From Raillietiella orientalis (Eukaryota), in the NCBI GenBank assembly GCA_036172245.1, contig JAYWIR010000086.1:62001-126000 (forward strand): a DNA stretch of 64,000 nt, read 5' to 3'. Made by a program: the position numbers and the translations under genes. The notes below the pieces were generated by a model, which was not told the DNA's origin, searched no databases, and saw nothing but the letters and a program-made list of their open reading frames with translations. This document shows positions 49,185 to 61,900 of the stretch, piece by piece. Within the stretch, counting starts at the first letter, position 1. Each line of letters starts with the position of its first letter.

Positions 49185-52100
49185 GTGGGCCGGCTGACCT
49201 ACCGACCTCCGGCCGGCGTCGTCCGGGAATAGTCGTGGCAAGGGAAATGTGGAGGAACGGCTAACAGTGAGCCGCGCTCCCAGAAAAACGGAAAAAGGGG
49301 GAAATGAACGCGGAGAGGGAGGAGGCGGCGCCGCCTCGGCAGCGCCATCTTTCCGGAGCAGCGTTCGTCCGATGCGCCAGCAGCAGAGCACAGCGAGAAG
49401 TGCACAGAGCCATTTGCCAGAGGCCGACGGCCCCTGGCTGACTCGGACGGAACCAGTCGGCGGGGAAAGGGGAAGAGCTGGGAAGGGAGTGTGGTTTTCG
49501 AGGGGAAGGATCCGGTGCAGGGGGCACGGAGGGCGATCGACCAAAGGGAGAGAAACTCTCGTAAAGGGGGACTTTCGCACTGGGGCCGGGAAGCGGTTTA
49601 GGGAGAGGGGACTGGGGACGTCGGAGCCTCCGGGGAGGGGACAGGTTCAAGAGAGGGCTTCCACGTCCCGTCTTTCGGTTCTCCTTTGCTTTGGACACGG
49701 CCGACCGCCGCGACGACGAGTGAGCAGCCGCTCTCCACGAAAGGAGCTGCGTGAGACGAGAGCAGACGACGGGCACACACCTTGGTCAATGCGAGGGCAA
49801 GCGGAGGGCAAGTGAAGCGAGCAAGCGCGCGCCCTCCCCTCCCGGCCCACCGTCCCGTTGCCGGGGAGGGCCCGCGAAAGTCTGCGCATCCGGCGGCGAG
49901 GCCACGCGCTTCGTCGGCTAGACGAACCCTCCACGCGCTCATACTTGTGGTGCCAATTCGGGCAACGAAGCGCGCGCAGGAAGGACAGCGACAACAACAA
50001 AGATTCCCGCCTTTCCGAGATCGCGGGTGGGAAGATCGAGGAAGTCCCGTCGAAGAAGAACGGTCGTGGCTGCCCCGATCCCCGCCGCGCGCGGCGACGA
50101 AACAAGAGAAACCGCGAAAAAAGCTCGTCTCCGAGGAGTTTCCGGGCACGCCGAGCTTGCACGGGTCCTTGCACGGGTCTTGCTGCCTACCTAGCGTCCG
50201 GTGAAGGTAGCCGGGAAGCTGTACAAACCACCACGCGCAGTTTGGATGCAGCGGTCTCGGATCACTTGGGATCGTCCCCGCTTCCTCCCTCGCATGCCTC
50301 GCACAGGGAATCTCGTCCAGGGAGACTTGCCGAAACTTCGTTGCGTCCGTTATCACTGCGCTCACTCTTGTCCCCCCCTCCCTACCCCTCCTCCCGTTCC
50401 CCATTTGCTCTGGGACGTCGCGAACACAAGGGCTGAAGAATTTTCAACTCACCCTCTCGGCTTCCGTGGCTTCGCGTTACTTAACCCGCCAGGGCGCGCT
50501 CTGTCAAGTGAGGATGTCGAAACATTATAGCGGAGAAGGAAAGAGGGGGGGGGGGGGAAAGGAAGCACAGGAAAAACACGTTCGCACGCGCTCTACTCGA
50601 GCTGCGAGGGCAGCTACCCGGTCCCGAGAGGGGGGTGAGTCGGGCTACGAAGGTTCACACCCCACCACGTCTCCCCGCTTCTGCGCGCGCCCGACCGCGC
50701 TGGCCTCTGCATCGTGGACATTGCTGGCGTTTCCCCGGGAGCAAGAAACTCGCCCGCCTTCCTCCTCCTCCTCCTCTTCACACACTTCCGTTTCCTGCCA
50801 AGAACACACCGGCGCCTTTCCGTCCGTGCGTGCATTCGGAGCGAACGCCGCGTGCAGCCCGGCTGCTGCCGTGTGCGCGTTTTTGCGCGTCGCCAACTCT
50901 TTCGTCGGGAAGGTGGAGGGAGCCGAACCTACGACTCTTTCGAGACACGCACCTTCGCGCCACCCGGCAAGGTGTCGTTTTCTTCCAGCGTTTTATTTCA
51001 TTCTTCTTACGACGCACGCACCTCTCTCGGGGGGGAAGGGGGGGAACTCCCCCGTAAAAATCGAAACAGGTTGCTCCGAGCCTTCCATCGTCTGGTAGTG
51101 CCCAGTGATTTCTTCGGCTCCTGCACGATTCTCTGCGGAGCTGGCGTAGGTCGGCTGTCCGCCCTCCGAGGCGCGCATGCGCACCGAACACGGATGCAAG
51201 GCGTAGTCGACGATGGCCTTCTGATCTGAGCCTTCGGACAAGTTCAACGCCCACCCTCGACTCGGGGAGATACGGAAGGTATGTCAGTCTGCCCCGTCCG
51301 AATCGGCGCAGGGGCAGACGCGCCCTCTCTCTTTTTTTTTTTGATTTCGCGCTTTGTCTCCACCGCCGGAAGATGGGGCGATCGTTGGCCGGGCGTGGGA
51401 GGCGTCCGTCGATCGCCGGCCGGCAGGAGAGCCGCCGTCTGCCACCAACCGCGGGGAAACAAGTGCGCGTCTTCGCGGTGAGGAACTCCGGCGGGAAGCG
51501 AAAAACGGGGTGTGACCTGAAAGTGGCGGTCGCTTACCCAACGCGCTTGCACCCTCCAGGGAGGGAACGTCACTCCCGAAGCTCCGAAAGGCGAATTTTC
51601 GCTCCGTCCGCCTGCGTGCAAGAGGGGGGGTTGAAGCGCGGGAACGCTTCGGAGAGCGGGCGGGCGCGGCGGTGGTCGTCAGCTTTGGTGCGCAGCGCCC
51701 TCGTGCCCTCAGCGCAGGTGGTGGTGGTGCTGCAGTGACCGGGTTTCGGGACGCCGCGACCCGTGCACGCTCTGAACCTCCCAGCGAACGTTTCGCTGCT
51801 GCGCGTGCGTCCTTGCTCAAGGCGATTGCGGCTCTTCAGTGGGAACCAAAGAAAGGAGAATGGCGGCGGCCCACAGCTTGAAAGTCGCCAAGGATGATGA
51901 CCTGCCTTTGTGCGCCCCGGTCCTGCCGTAAAGGGTCGCCCGAAGTTTCCCGCCCCGATCCGCGGAGCGCTTTCGCACACTCTTTTGCCATCTTTCGCGG
52001 ACCACCTGCTAGCACGCGCCTCTGGCGACGTGCAGGTGTGCTATGTGGCTCGTGCGGGGCACGCGGTTTCTCCTCGTCGCTGCGTCACCGGGGGGTCTCA

Positions 52101-55100
52101 CACCGCGGTCATTCGCGTCCCAGCGTCCGCCACCACTGGAGTCTGCGCGAGAGCTCCAACTTTCCCTCCCACCCTTTCTACCCTTTCTCTATCTTTGGCC
52201 TCCTCCTGCTCCCCATCCGCCGTTGGCCCGTTCAGCAGGGTCCGCGAGGCTACGCTGCCTGTCCCACCATCTCGGACCTCTCCCCCTCTTCTTCGATCCC
52301 AGCGTTTTCCTCTTTTTCCTTTGTTTTCGTTCATACCCCGCACTGCATGGGGTCGTCCCTGCTTCGCCATCCCCCTTTCCAATCTGCGCGAGGTCTTGGC
52401 AAAGGAGCGAAGACGAAGGAGAGCCTCTCTTGGTCTTCCTCCCTCCCTCCTTTCTTTTCTTCTCCTCCTCCTTCCTTCCTCCTCCCTCTTCCTCTTCCTC
52501 TTCCTCTTCTTCTTCCTCCTCCCTTCTTCCCATGTCTCTCTTTTTTTTCTTCCTGTTTTTGCTTTAGTGCTCGCGCTCGTGCGCGACGGAGGGGGACTTC
52601 GAGGAGGACCAACGCCAGAGGGGCGGTACCCTCCCCCTGCCTGCCACCTGGTGCCGCTCATGTCGGAGCCATGTGGTCCGGTGCGCGGACTCGATCCCGC
52701 CCACTCTCGTGCCTTCCCCCGCCCCACGGATGGGACGGAGCTCTCTGCCCGGATCGAGTGGGGTGCGGCCACCTACGTCATGGCCTCTGCTTCCTTCGGC
52801 GAGCGTCCCCGGCAAACACCACGAGTACACCGCAGAGTTACGGTTCGCGGACACGACCTTGCGACCGCACGGACCGACGCTCCCCCAAGGACGCCCGTGC
52901 TTGTTTGGGGGCAGGGGAAGACCGGAGGGGCCATAGTGAGCGCGCGCGATGGCCCCTCCGACTCAAGGCGGAGGGCGCCTTTCGAATTCGGGCAGTTCCT
53001 CGAGCATGCTGGAGGAGGGACGCAGGCGCGTCCCGAAGACCTGCCGTTCCGACGGGCGCTCGCCCCCCCCGCGGCGTAGCCGGCGGCCTGCCCACCGCGA
53101 TGCGGGAGCCACCGTCCCTGCCTTGGGAGGACCGAAGCCCACGGTGAGTGCGAATCTGCCTTGATCCCTGGGTCTGCCGCTCGCCTCCCTCCGACATCAA
53201 GGAGCCACGCGGCGGCCAATCCTGTTGCGTCCCGACCCGCTGGGGTCGGGACGGAAAAGCGGGAGGGGCGGGAAGTTCCCCCGGTCGCGCGCCGTAAGGA
53301 CGAGGAGGAGGAAGGGGGGAGGGGGCGTGGACACGGAAGAGGCGCGTCGTCGCTCCCGCCCGGGGGAAGGTCCATCCGGGTCAGCGTGCAGCGGCTCCTC
53401 GTCCCCCTCAAAGGGCAGAACAGTACATTTGCGCAACATCCGCGCTCCGCGGCCGGGCCATTAAAGACACGCGGGCTCTTTTCATTGGTCCTTTTATTGC
53501 CCGGGCGGCATGGCTGGGGCTGTTGTCCGAGGGGACCGGGCGCTCCCTTCTCTGCCGCCCTTGCCTGCGCGCCCCGAGGGCGCCTCGGCAGCTTGCGGTG
53601 TCCCGGAAGCCCCGCTGTCGGATCCGAGCGGAATTCCCGGTCCGGATGCCCCCGGACGGAAGACGACGCCTGCCGTCTCTCCCCCCCTCCGGAGAGTGAG
53701 CGCGCATTGCTGCGGGGGGAATCCGCTCATCCCCTCCGGTTAGCTGGCGGGTGGTCCGCGACGAGGAAGCACCGTCACGCTGGCGCCGCGGTCGGACCGG
53801 TGGGAGGAGGAAGGGGGAGGGGAGGTGTGGGGGAGAGAATCCGATCCCGCGCCCCCGTCGACCGAACTGGGGAAGTGCGCACCCTCCCTCCCCTTCCTCC
53901 TTCTCCTGTTTCCTCCCGTGCCAGGCGAGCCAGTCGGTCGACCACCCTCGACGGCCTGGGGCAGGCACCACCTCCGTTCCGCGTCACGCCGACCCTCCCG
54001 AATTTTCGACTCTCTTGGAAGGGAGGCGGGTCGTTCGGACGAGTGACTCGTCCGCCGGCGCGGAACGGAGGGATTGAAAGGGGAGAGAGGACGCTGTCAT
54101 AGGGCGTGGCGGTGTGTCGGGTTGCCGAGCAGCGGAAGCGACCCGTGCACCTCTTCCCGCGCTTTTCCCCTCTTCCTTCTCCCGTTCCCCGCGCCTCGGC
54201 ACCGGGTGGCCGAACCTGGAATTCCCGTTCCCTTCCCATACTTCCCTCTCCCTCCCTCCTTTCCCTTTCCCCGCTCAGTGGCTGCGAAGGCCAGTCGGTG
54301 CCTCGGACGCGCGCGCCGGGAGGGGGGCGCTCCATCGATTGTCCCCGCGTCTCCCGCGAGTGCCGCCAGGAGGAGCAGATGGCGGAACTCCAAGCGGAAG
54401 GACAGCAAAAACTTCCCGGTGATGCACTTGGCGTTATTTCGCGGTTTCCAATTATAGCGTGCGGGATCGGGACGTGAGGAAGGGGATATTCCGGAGCGCC
54501 GCGCGTGCGGGCCGAAAGCGAGGAGCGGACGTTCGACTCCGCGCGCGCACGCGACCGGCGCTGCTTCCGCGTACGGTCGCGTGCGACCGCCGCCGCCACC
54601 AGCACCACCACGAGGGCCGCTTCGCTCCTCGTGGTCCCTTCGCTTCCTGCCCCCTTTCCCCCGCAGTCTCTCCCTCCCTCCCTCGCGCGCGCCACTCCTC
54701 TGGAATTCGAGCTTGCCTTTTCCCGCAGGGATTCCGCACCGTTCCGCCTCGCATCCCCCTTTTGCAGTGAATCTTCTCGGTGCTGCCCAAGGCTGAGAAT
54801 ACTTGCCTGATTGCTCTCGTCCTGCCGGTTTTGTGTGCGCGTCTGTGGGTGGGGGTGGGAAGGGTGCGAAGTGCAAACAAAAATGGTGGCAGACGGAAAA
54901 CAAGTCTGCAGCTTACGCGCAGCGGCCCTCCTCCCGCGTGCCCCCGTGCGCGTGAACAACGCAGCGGAAGGCTTTTTCTTTCTTTCTTTTCTTTTTTACT
55001 TCGCCTGCCCCCGCCTCCCTTTCCGAAATCTCCGTGCGTTCGCTTTCGGAAACCTGGCACTCCTGCAGGTGTGCCACACTGCGGCGGAACGCGCGCGGGA

Positions 55101-55806
55101 CAGCGACGAACATACAAATTTAGCTTTGGCCTAATAGTCAGCTGCAAGCGCGCCGCCACCGCCGCCGCCCGCGTTCTAAAATTAGAGGCAGCCCAGGCTT
55201 TGAGCCGGAACGGGGCGCCACCATGCGCGCCGTGGTCGCTCCCCCTCCCTGCCAGCGAGCCCGCGGACCGCCGCCGCCGCCGCCGCCACTGCGGCGGCGG
55301 CGGCAGGGCAAGAAGCGACGAAAGTCAAACTTGCTGACGGTCACGGAAGAGGAGAAAGCAGCACCTTTCGTCAGGATCCCCTCTTCCTCCCTCCCTCATT
55401 GTGAAATTCCCTGCCGTACTGCGCGCGTCGCTCCCCATCGTGGCCACCGCCGCCATCCACGGTTTGTGCGCCTCCCTCTCCCTCGTGGACGCGTACGCGC
55501 GCGCGTTTCGCGTGTGTGCTGCTCGTGTGGTTCGCCTGCCGCTCCGCACCTCCGCCGTCCCACGCGTGCGCAGTGACCGACCGCGCGTCGGTGCGAACAA
55601 ACGACGCAGCGTGCGTATGGGACGCCCTTTGAAGGGAACCCCCGGGCGCCGCGGCTCGCTTTTTATTCCGCGGTCCGCTTCCGGCGCGCGGGAGCGCCGC
55701 TCCGACGTGTGTGCGTCCACGTGCGAGCGCGAGAGAACTGCTGCTGCGTGTGAACTTGAAAGATGGAACAGCCGGGGGTGGCTGGCTGGCAGGGAGGAAA
55801 CATGCG

Positions 55807-55835
55807 CTCTCTCTCCCTCTCTCTCTCTCCCCCCC

Positions 55836-55866
<31 letters not shown>

Positions 55867-55888
55867 GCGCTCGCGCGCGCGTGTGTGT

Positions 55889-55928
<40 letters not shown>

Positions 55929-55935
55929 TGTGTGT
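55807..55935. repeat. Compound microsatellite (CT)n-(CG)n-(GT)n
   Basis: Directly visible, ~320 nt upstream of ATG 56258. Confidence 0.95.
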
Positions 55936-56257
55936 ACGCCTCCTACTGGAGCCGGAAAGCTTCGATCCGTCCGCGGCGGATCGCCTTCCCGGGTGATAAA
56001 GCGTGCGGAGGCTCCCTTTCGTGAATCTTCCTTCTTGTGTGTTGTTGTTCCTGAAATAGACCAGAAGGCACACGGGAATTTTTTTCTCGCTGCGTCTCAG
56101 GCGGGCTCCGCGCGGTACAGGAGCGAAACGCAGGAAGACGCATCTCTCCCTGCTGCTTTGTGAATGGTGACATGCAGATGCACGTCGCGTTCACGCGTTC
56201 GAAGAAGAGCTCCCTCCTCCTGCTTGGTCATTCGCATGTGACTGCGGACCTGTGCTC

Positions 56258-56986
56258 ATGATGAACTGCCGCTCAAGAGCCGAGGCCTTCGCCAAGTCAC
56301 TCCACTGTCGGCTGAGGCGCTTGGGTGGCACGCACGGCGGCGATGGTGTGGACGACGCCGGCGACCGGGATTGCAAGAGTGGAGGCGGCGGCGGTGGCGG
56401 CAGTGGCGGTGAGCCGGGTGGCGGCAAGGGAGAGCAGGAGGAGGAGACGGACGCGTTCCGGGCGGCCGAGGAGGGCGCGCTCGACGAAGAAGGAGAAGAA
56501 GAGGAAGAAGAAGAGGGAGAGGGAGAGGCCGAGGACTACGACGACGTGCTCGTGAACGGAGTGGGCGGCGGCGGCGGCGGCGGCGGCGGCGGAGGCGGAG
56601 GAGGAAGGAGCGACGACATCCTGGAGGAGATCGCCAGCCCGGAAATTCCCGAGGAAGCCGACTATCTCATCAACCAGACCGACAACCTGAATTTTTTCCA
56701 CCCCGAAGGAGGAGAAGACGTCGTGTGCTGCACGTGTGCCTCCGCGGCACGCGAGCTCGGCGGCGGGCCTCCTCCTCCGTGCGCCAACAGTGCTTTCGGT
56801 GATCAGCGCCATGCTGATAAAAGTGAGATTTGCGGACTCCCCGGGAACAACCTCGGACGTGTCGGATCGGAAGATGCTGCCGATAAGCCGAAAATGAAAA
56901 GTGCTGCTCTCGAAACTGTGCCGATGGAGAAAGCTGACCTTGGCGAAGGACGCGCGGAAGCATGCAGCTCGGATCGATGGAAGCTC
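56258..56986 (+). CDS. Probable first coding exon (243 codons) of an unidentified gene; remainder not resolved in this window
   Basis: ATG 56258, high GC3, protein-like MMNCRSRAEAFAKSLHCRLRRL, poly-Gly and poly-Glu tracts, ends at consensus phase-0 donor CTC|GTAAGT. The N-terminus is reminiscent of arthropod kazrin/liprin-gamma long isoforms from memory only; unverified. Confidence 0.7.
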
Positions 56987-59900
56987 GTAAGTTATCGATG
57001 CGTCGTAACGTTGGGAACCGGTTGTTTATTTTTGTCGCGGCACGGCAGCTGGGAGGAACGCTCCGCCCGCGTTCCGTGGCGCCAGAATCGCGCACCTCTC
57101 CCCCCCCCCCCCCGGTGCTCGGGCAGCGGAGTGCAGGAAAAAGCGGGAGGGGGGCGGAAATGGATGGAGGAGGGGAGGGGAAAGAAAAAAGAAAGGTGCT
57201 GCTGCACACGTGCTGCAAACCGCGCTGCGCCTCCTCCTCGTGTGTGTATATCTCCCCCCTCTCTTCCCTCAGGAGTCGCGAGCACCGTGCGGAAGCGGTG
57301 CGGCTGGGAGAGAGAGTTTTCGCGCCTCGGGGCGGAAAGCCAGCGAGTGACCGTCCATCTCCGTGTGTGGACGTACGCACGTTGCTGCGTACGTGCGAGT
57401 CCGTGCGGTTAGGAGGGAAGCGTCCAAAGTTTCCAAAGTGAGGGTGCGGGAAGGAGGGGAGGGGGGAAGTTGGCACGTGAAGCCGCTATGGAATGCAAGG
57501 CTTCTCTGGTTGCGCTCTCGTTGCCGCCTTGCGCCGGCTGCTGCTGGAAAGGGGGAGGCAGGGAGCAGCAGGAAGACGGGCGAGAGGGAAAAGACGGAGC
57601 GGGGGACGTGCTGCAGACGCAGCAGCCAGTACTGCACCCCCCCCCCCGCTTCTCCTCCCTCCTCCTCCTCCTCTGCAGCGGCGCTCGCGCGTGCGGTAGG
57701 CGGGGGGGGGGGGGATGAAAAGAAGAAGAAGAAAAAAACAATAAATAAAAAAAAAAAAGGAAGGTCACCGCGCTGACGGTGATGGCTCTCTCTCGTGCGC
57801 ACGCGCGTCATCCCAGGCAACCCCGGTACGCTGCCTTCGAGTTTTTTTTTTTTTTGCTTCGCTCTCGCTCAGGTTTTTTTTTTTTTCCCTTATTATACTT
57901 TTTGGAAGTGCGCAGTTCTTTTTTTTTTTTTTTTTTTTCCTTTTTGAGTGCTCCTCCTCTCCTCCCCCTCCTTCCTCCCCTACGCAGGGCGCAAGCCCCC
58001 TTTGCGGTACTTACCTGAAAAACTTCCCTGGGGTAAAGGCAGGCAGTAGAACGGATCGGCGGTGGGGAACGTGTGCTCCCCGGGAGGAGGTCAACCGAGG
58101 GGAGGGGAATGGGGAGGCTATCGGCGCGGGGTTCGTTCCGGGGCCGTCCACCCGGAAGGGTCCGGAGGGGATTCGACCCGCCCGCGGGTGCTGCTGCGCG
58201 GCGGCCGTACCGCGGAAGCCTCGGGCGCTTCAGCGGCGTCAAGGATGGCGGCGAAAGCGGAAAAGCCCGCGGGGGTGGGGGGCAAGTCCCCAGTCTTCCC
58301 CCCTTGGGACGTTGGACGCCCCTCTGTAGGGAAGAGAGCGGCTCACGCCAACCCAGCAGCAGCTGTCCTCTTTACCTTCCCTTCCCCCCTCCCCCCATTA
58401 CAATTGGGGGCGTGCCTGCGCCGTGGGCCCGGGGCGGTTCGCGTTCGGACGTGAAGGACCCGAAGCTGTCGGTGTCCACCAGCCTCCCGACTCCCCGTGG
58501 GGGGGGAGGGGGGGGGGACGCATCCGCAGCCCGCCGCACGGCATCTACTCGTCGTCGCTCTTTTCCGGAACACTCGGGGAGACTGCGTCGTCATGGCACC
58601 GCCGCCTCGCTTGTCGGCGCCCTGTCTCTCGGGAAGGCGGGTGGGCAGCAGCAGGGGGTCGCGGGTTCGCGCGCTCTGAGTCCCTGCCCGCACGGAGATG
58701 CTTGCCTCCGCGTCTTCCGACTTTGAGGCCCCGCGCGCTCCTCCACCGATCTCCTTAATCATTAGGGGGGGGGGGGATTTCCAGGAAGGAAGGCGCTTCC
58801 GGGAAGGACTTCCGCGCATCCCTCGGCGCGCGCGCAACGCATGGGGACGCGGCACGTGGTGGTGGTGGATGACCCTCTTCCGCCCCTTCGCCGACTCGCT
58901 TTGTGTGCAGTGGCCGCCTCTGACGTGACTCCCCAGGGTGTGGCTCGCCGAACAAGTCACCTCGCAGGAAAGCCTTGCCCTGCGGCGACCAGTTGCACAC
59001 GCAACTGGTCGCCCTAGGCGTGAACCTGCGGCGGCGGGGTCGCCGCTTCGGGAACACCCGCTCGTTCGCCGACCCGACCCAACCCTGCCGACCGCTTGCG
59101 TCCGGCCGAGCGCGTCCGGAGCCCCGGGTCAGGCGGGGGGAGGAAGGAGGAAAGGCTGCCGCTCCCTCTCGCGCGCCTCCTTTCGCCCACAGCTGTCCGC
59201 AGCCGCCTGGCCGAGCGAGCGGTCGGGCATTTCCCTCTCCTCCCATCCCCTCCTCCCTGGATGCGCGCACCTTGCCCGCACTCTCTCGTGCCCTCCTCGG
59301 CGGCCGGTGGTCGAAATGCCCGTGAGCTGCGGGGATTCTCTCGGTCCGGTCGAGGGGAGACTGGTAGCGCGGACGTTTTCCGCGGTCCCTCGGGCAATCA
59401 GAGCTGCTACGAGGGCTCACCCGGAGGAAAGGAAGGTGGGCGACTCTTGAGCGGACCCCTCCGTGGGGGGCGGAGGAGGCACCGAGCAGCCAGCCCCATT
59501 CCGCGTTGGCTGCCGCACGGGTTCCAAACCCGCCCGAGGGGAGGGAAGGGGCGTTCCCGAGAACGTGGCTTTGTGCGCCGTGGGTTTCGATCCCCCCCCG
59601 CAGGACAGCACGCCGGTCGGCCTCTCCAGCGTGCCAGGAACGTGTGGCCCCCTCCGCTGAAGCGTCCCTTCGGGAGGAAACCAGGAGCGGCTCCCACGAA
59701 CCGGGGGGTCCCTCTGGAGAGAGCAAGGAAGAGGCGGTTTCTGCCAAAGAGCAAGGGAGGGACGGGCTGCTTGCTCCTTCCTCTGGAGCCCCTTCGTGGG
59801 GTAGTCCTTACAGGGTTGCCCCTCAACCTATAGCCGAGACGACCAGGGCGAGGGTTCCCGACGCGGGCTTGGGAGGGACGGCTGCTTCCGCAGGCGGAGT

Positions 59901-60877
59901 GGACTCTTGGGATGGTCCTTCTTCAATGGGAGGGTCACGTGCATACTCGGGTGGCGTGGAACTCCCCCCTTCTGCTCTCGGTCCGGAGCGGACAGCCAGC
60001 CAGCCGCCCGCCTGCGCGCGATCGGGGGGGAGGGGGGACTCCGCCACTCCGTTCGTCATCGCCCCTTTCCCGCAGTAGGCGGTCACCGAGTTTCCAGGAC
60101 GCTGCTGCCTCCCTCTGCTGCTCTCTCAGCGCGTGGTTGCCACGATACCGCGCGGACCGGGCAGATGTGCCCTTTTCACGCTACCCCCGAGCCGTGCTTG
60201 GCACCCTTCCGGGTTGGCGCCTTGACGCTGCTGACGCTGTCGGCTGCCCTGCGATCTTCCGGTCGGGGGGGGGGGGGTGGCTGCGGAGAGGGTACGAGAA
60301 CCGGGGGGAGGAAGACTACTTGCGTTCCCCCCCCCCCATGCTGCGCGCGCGTGCTCCAGGGGTCGTCGGCAAGTCGCAAAAGAGACGCTGCCCGCCGTGG
60401 ATGCTTTCCGGAGGCTGAACGCTGGAGCGGAAGAGCAGCTCGCGCACTTTGTGCGCTTGCGCGCCGCGCTGCAGCCTCCCTTCCCCTTCGGAGGAGTGCC
60501 GGTGGGTGTGCGAGTGGGTCCCCTGGAACCACCTCTGCCTTTCCATCTTTTCGCGTGGGGGAGGGAAGGAAGAGGGCGGGAAGCGCTTCGGAACGGGCGT
60601 CCGCACTCCCGGGGTGATATCCCTGTCACGCGCGCGCCAAAGGTTCCGGAATTGCCCGCCAGCTGGCACGGGGTTGTTGCCGTGGAGCGACCGGTGGCCG
60701 TGCCGGCACCAAACGTCGGGCCGCGCGGTGGTTTTGCGCGAGAGACTTCGGCAGGTGCCGCCGACCCGCTAGCGTGGTGTTGGTTCCCGACCGATACCCG
60801 CCGTCCACCTGCGGCAGGTTCGGAAGGGGTGGCAGGGCGAGGCCGGGTGGGGCTGCAGTACCTCGGTCGCGAAGTGG

Positions 60878-61385
60878 CGACAGTCGTCTCACCCGGGGGC
60901 GCCGGGGCGTACGTTTAAAAAAAAAATTGCGATTTTTGTGTGGCGGGACCGGCGGTCCGACCATGCCCATTTCCAAAGGGGCCTGCCTAGTTGCCGGTGC
61001 GCAGACCGGTGAGGTACGCACCCGGCAACGGGAGGGGAGAGGGGGGAACGAAGAGAAATGAAAATAAAAATAAAAAAAAGTTGGGAGGATGCGGGAAGGA
61101 GCGTCGGCGACCCTCTGCATCCTGTCGAGGATGCTGGAGAGTTCTCTCTCCCCCTCTGCACACGAGGTCCAGGTGGAGCCATCTCGTCACCCCCTGCGAA
61201 AAAGCGTAGGGCACAGTGTATGGCGGCGTCTCCGTCGCTTCCTTCTCCTCTGGCATGACTCCAGGCTGCCACGATCCCGTGTAGGCGGCAGAGAGCTGCT
61301 GGGGATGCTACCGGCGGCAGTGCGTCGCGCGTGCGGGAGAAGGGTTTGCCGTGCGTCCCCGGAGTTGCCGCATGGGGTGCGGAGG
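60878..61385 (-). mobile_element. LINE 3' end, copy D
   Basis: LPPVASPAALCRLHGIVAAWSHARG matches copy A (LPPAASLAVL..FHGIVAAWNAVRRG); T-rich UTR, CCTCACCGGTCTGCGCACC, terminus TTAAACGTACGCCCCGGCGCCCCCGGGTGAGACGACTGTCG. Confidence 0.75.
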
Positions 61386-61389
61386 TCGT

Positions 61390-61900
61390 CGCTGCAGAAC
61401 GGGTGCGCCAGGACCGTTTGTTTAATCGAAAATGAACATTTGGTAATCTGTGTGGTTGGACCACTGGTCCAACTACTTTTACTTCAACGGGAACCTGTCC
61501 CGGTGCGAGGACCGGTGAGGTCCGCCACGGCAGCGGGGGAGGTGGGAGCAAAAATAAAAATAAATCAGTAAATTTGCAGTCGGGAAAGAAATCGCGTCGT
61601 GCCGGGGATCGGTGGTCCTCTGCACCCTTTCGAGGACGACGGCAAGCTCCTGCTGCATGCTGTCCTTCAGGTGGGACCATCTTGTTGCCATCCACCCATC
61701 CTCGGGAAGCGGACGGCAACGTGGACGTGGCACCCCTGTCACTCGGTCCTCCTCTGGCGTGGCTCTACGCTGCCTCAATCCCGTGTGGAGGCAGAGAGCT
61801 GCTGGGGATGCCGGCGGATGCTGGACGTGGCACCCTTGTCGCTCCATGTCGCCGCAATCGCGCGCAGGCAGAGGGGAGGCTGCTGGCGGAGGAGGGGTCG
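61390..61900 (-). mobile_element. LINE 3' end, copy E, in tandem with copy D
   Basis: Shares GGCAGAGAGCTGCTGGGGATGC (plus-strand reading) with copy D; TRWSHLKDSMQQELAVVLERVQRT terminus, T-rich UTR, CCTCACCGGTCCTCGCACC, ATTAAA..GGTCCTGGCGCACCCG. Confidence 0.7.

Noticed and set aside
46700..55800. Many 200-400 aa ORFs in the right GC-rich block, including a possible exon 52568-53143
   Set aside because: No consistent codon bias or domain; a few fragments (e.g. LPGYLHRTLGR near 50.2 kb, minus) look like more ORF1 debris.
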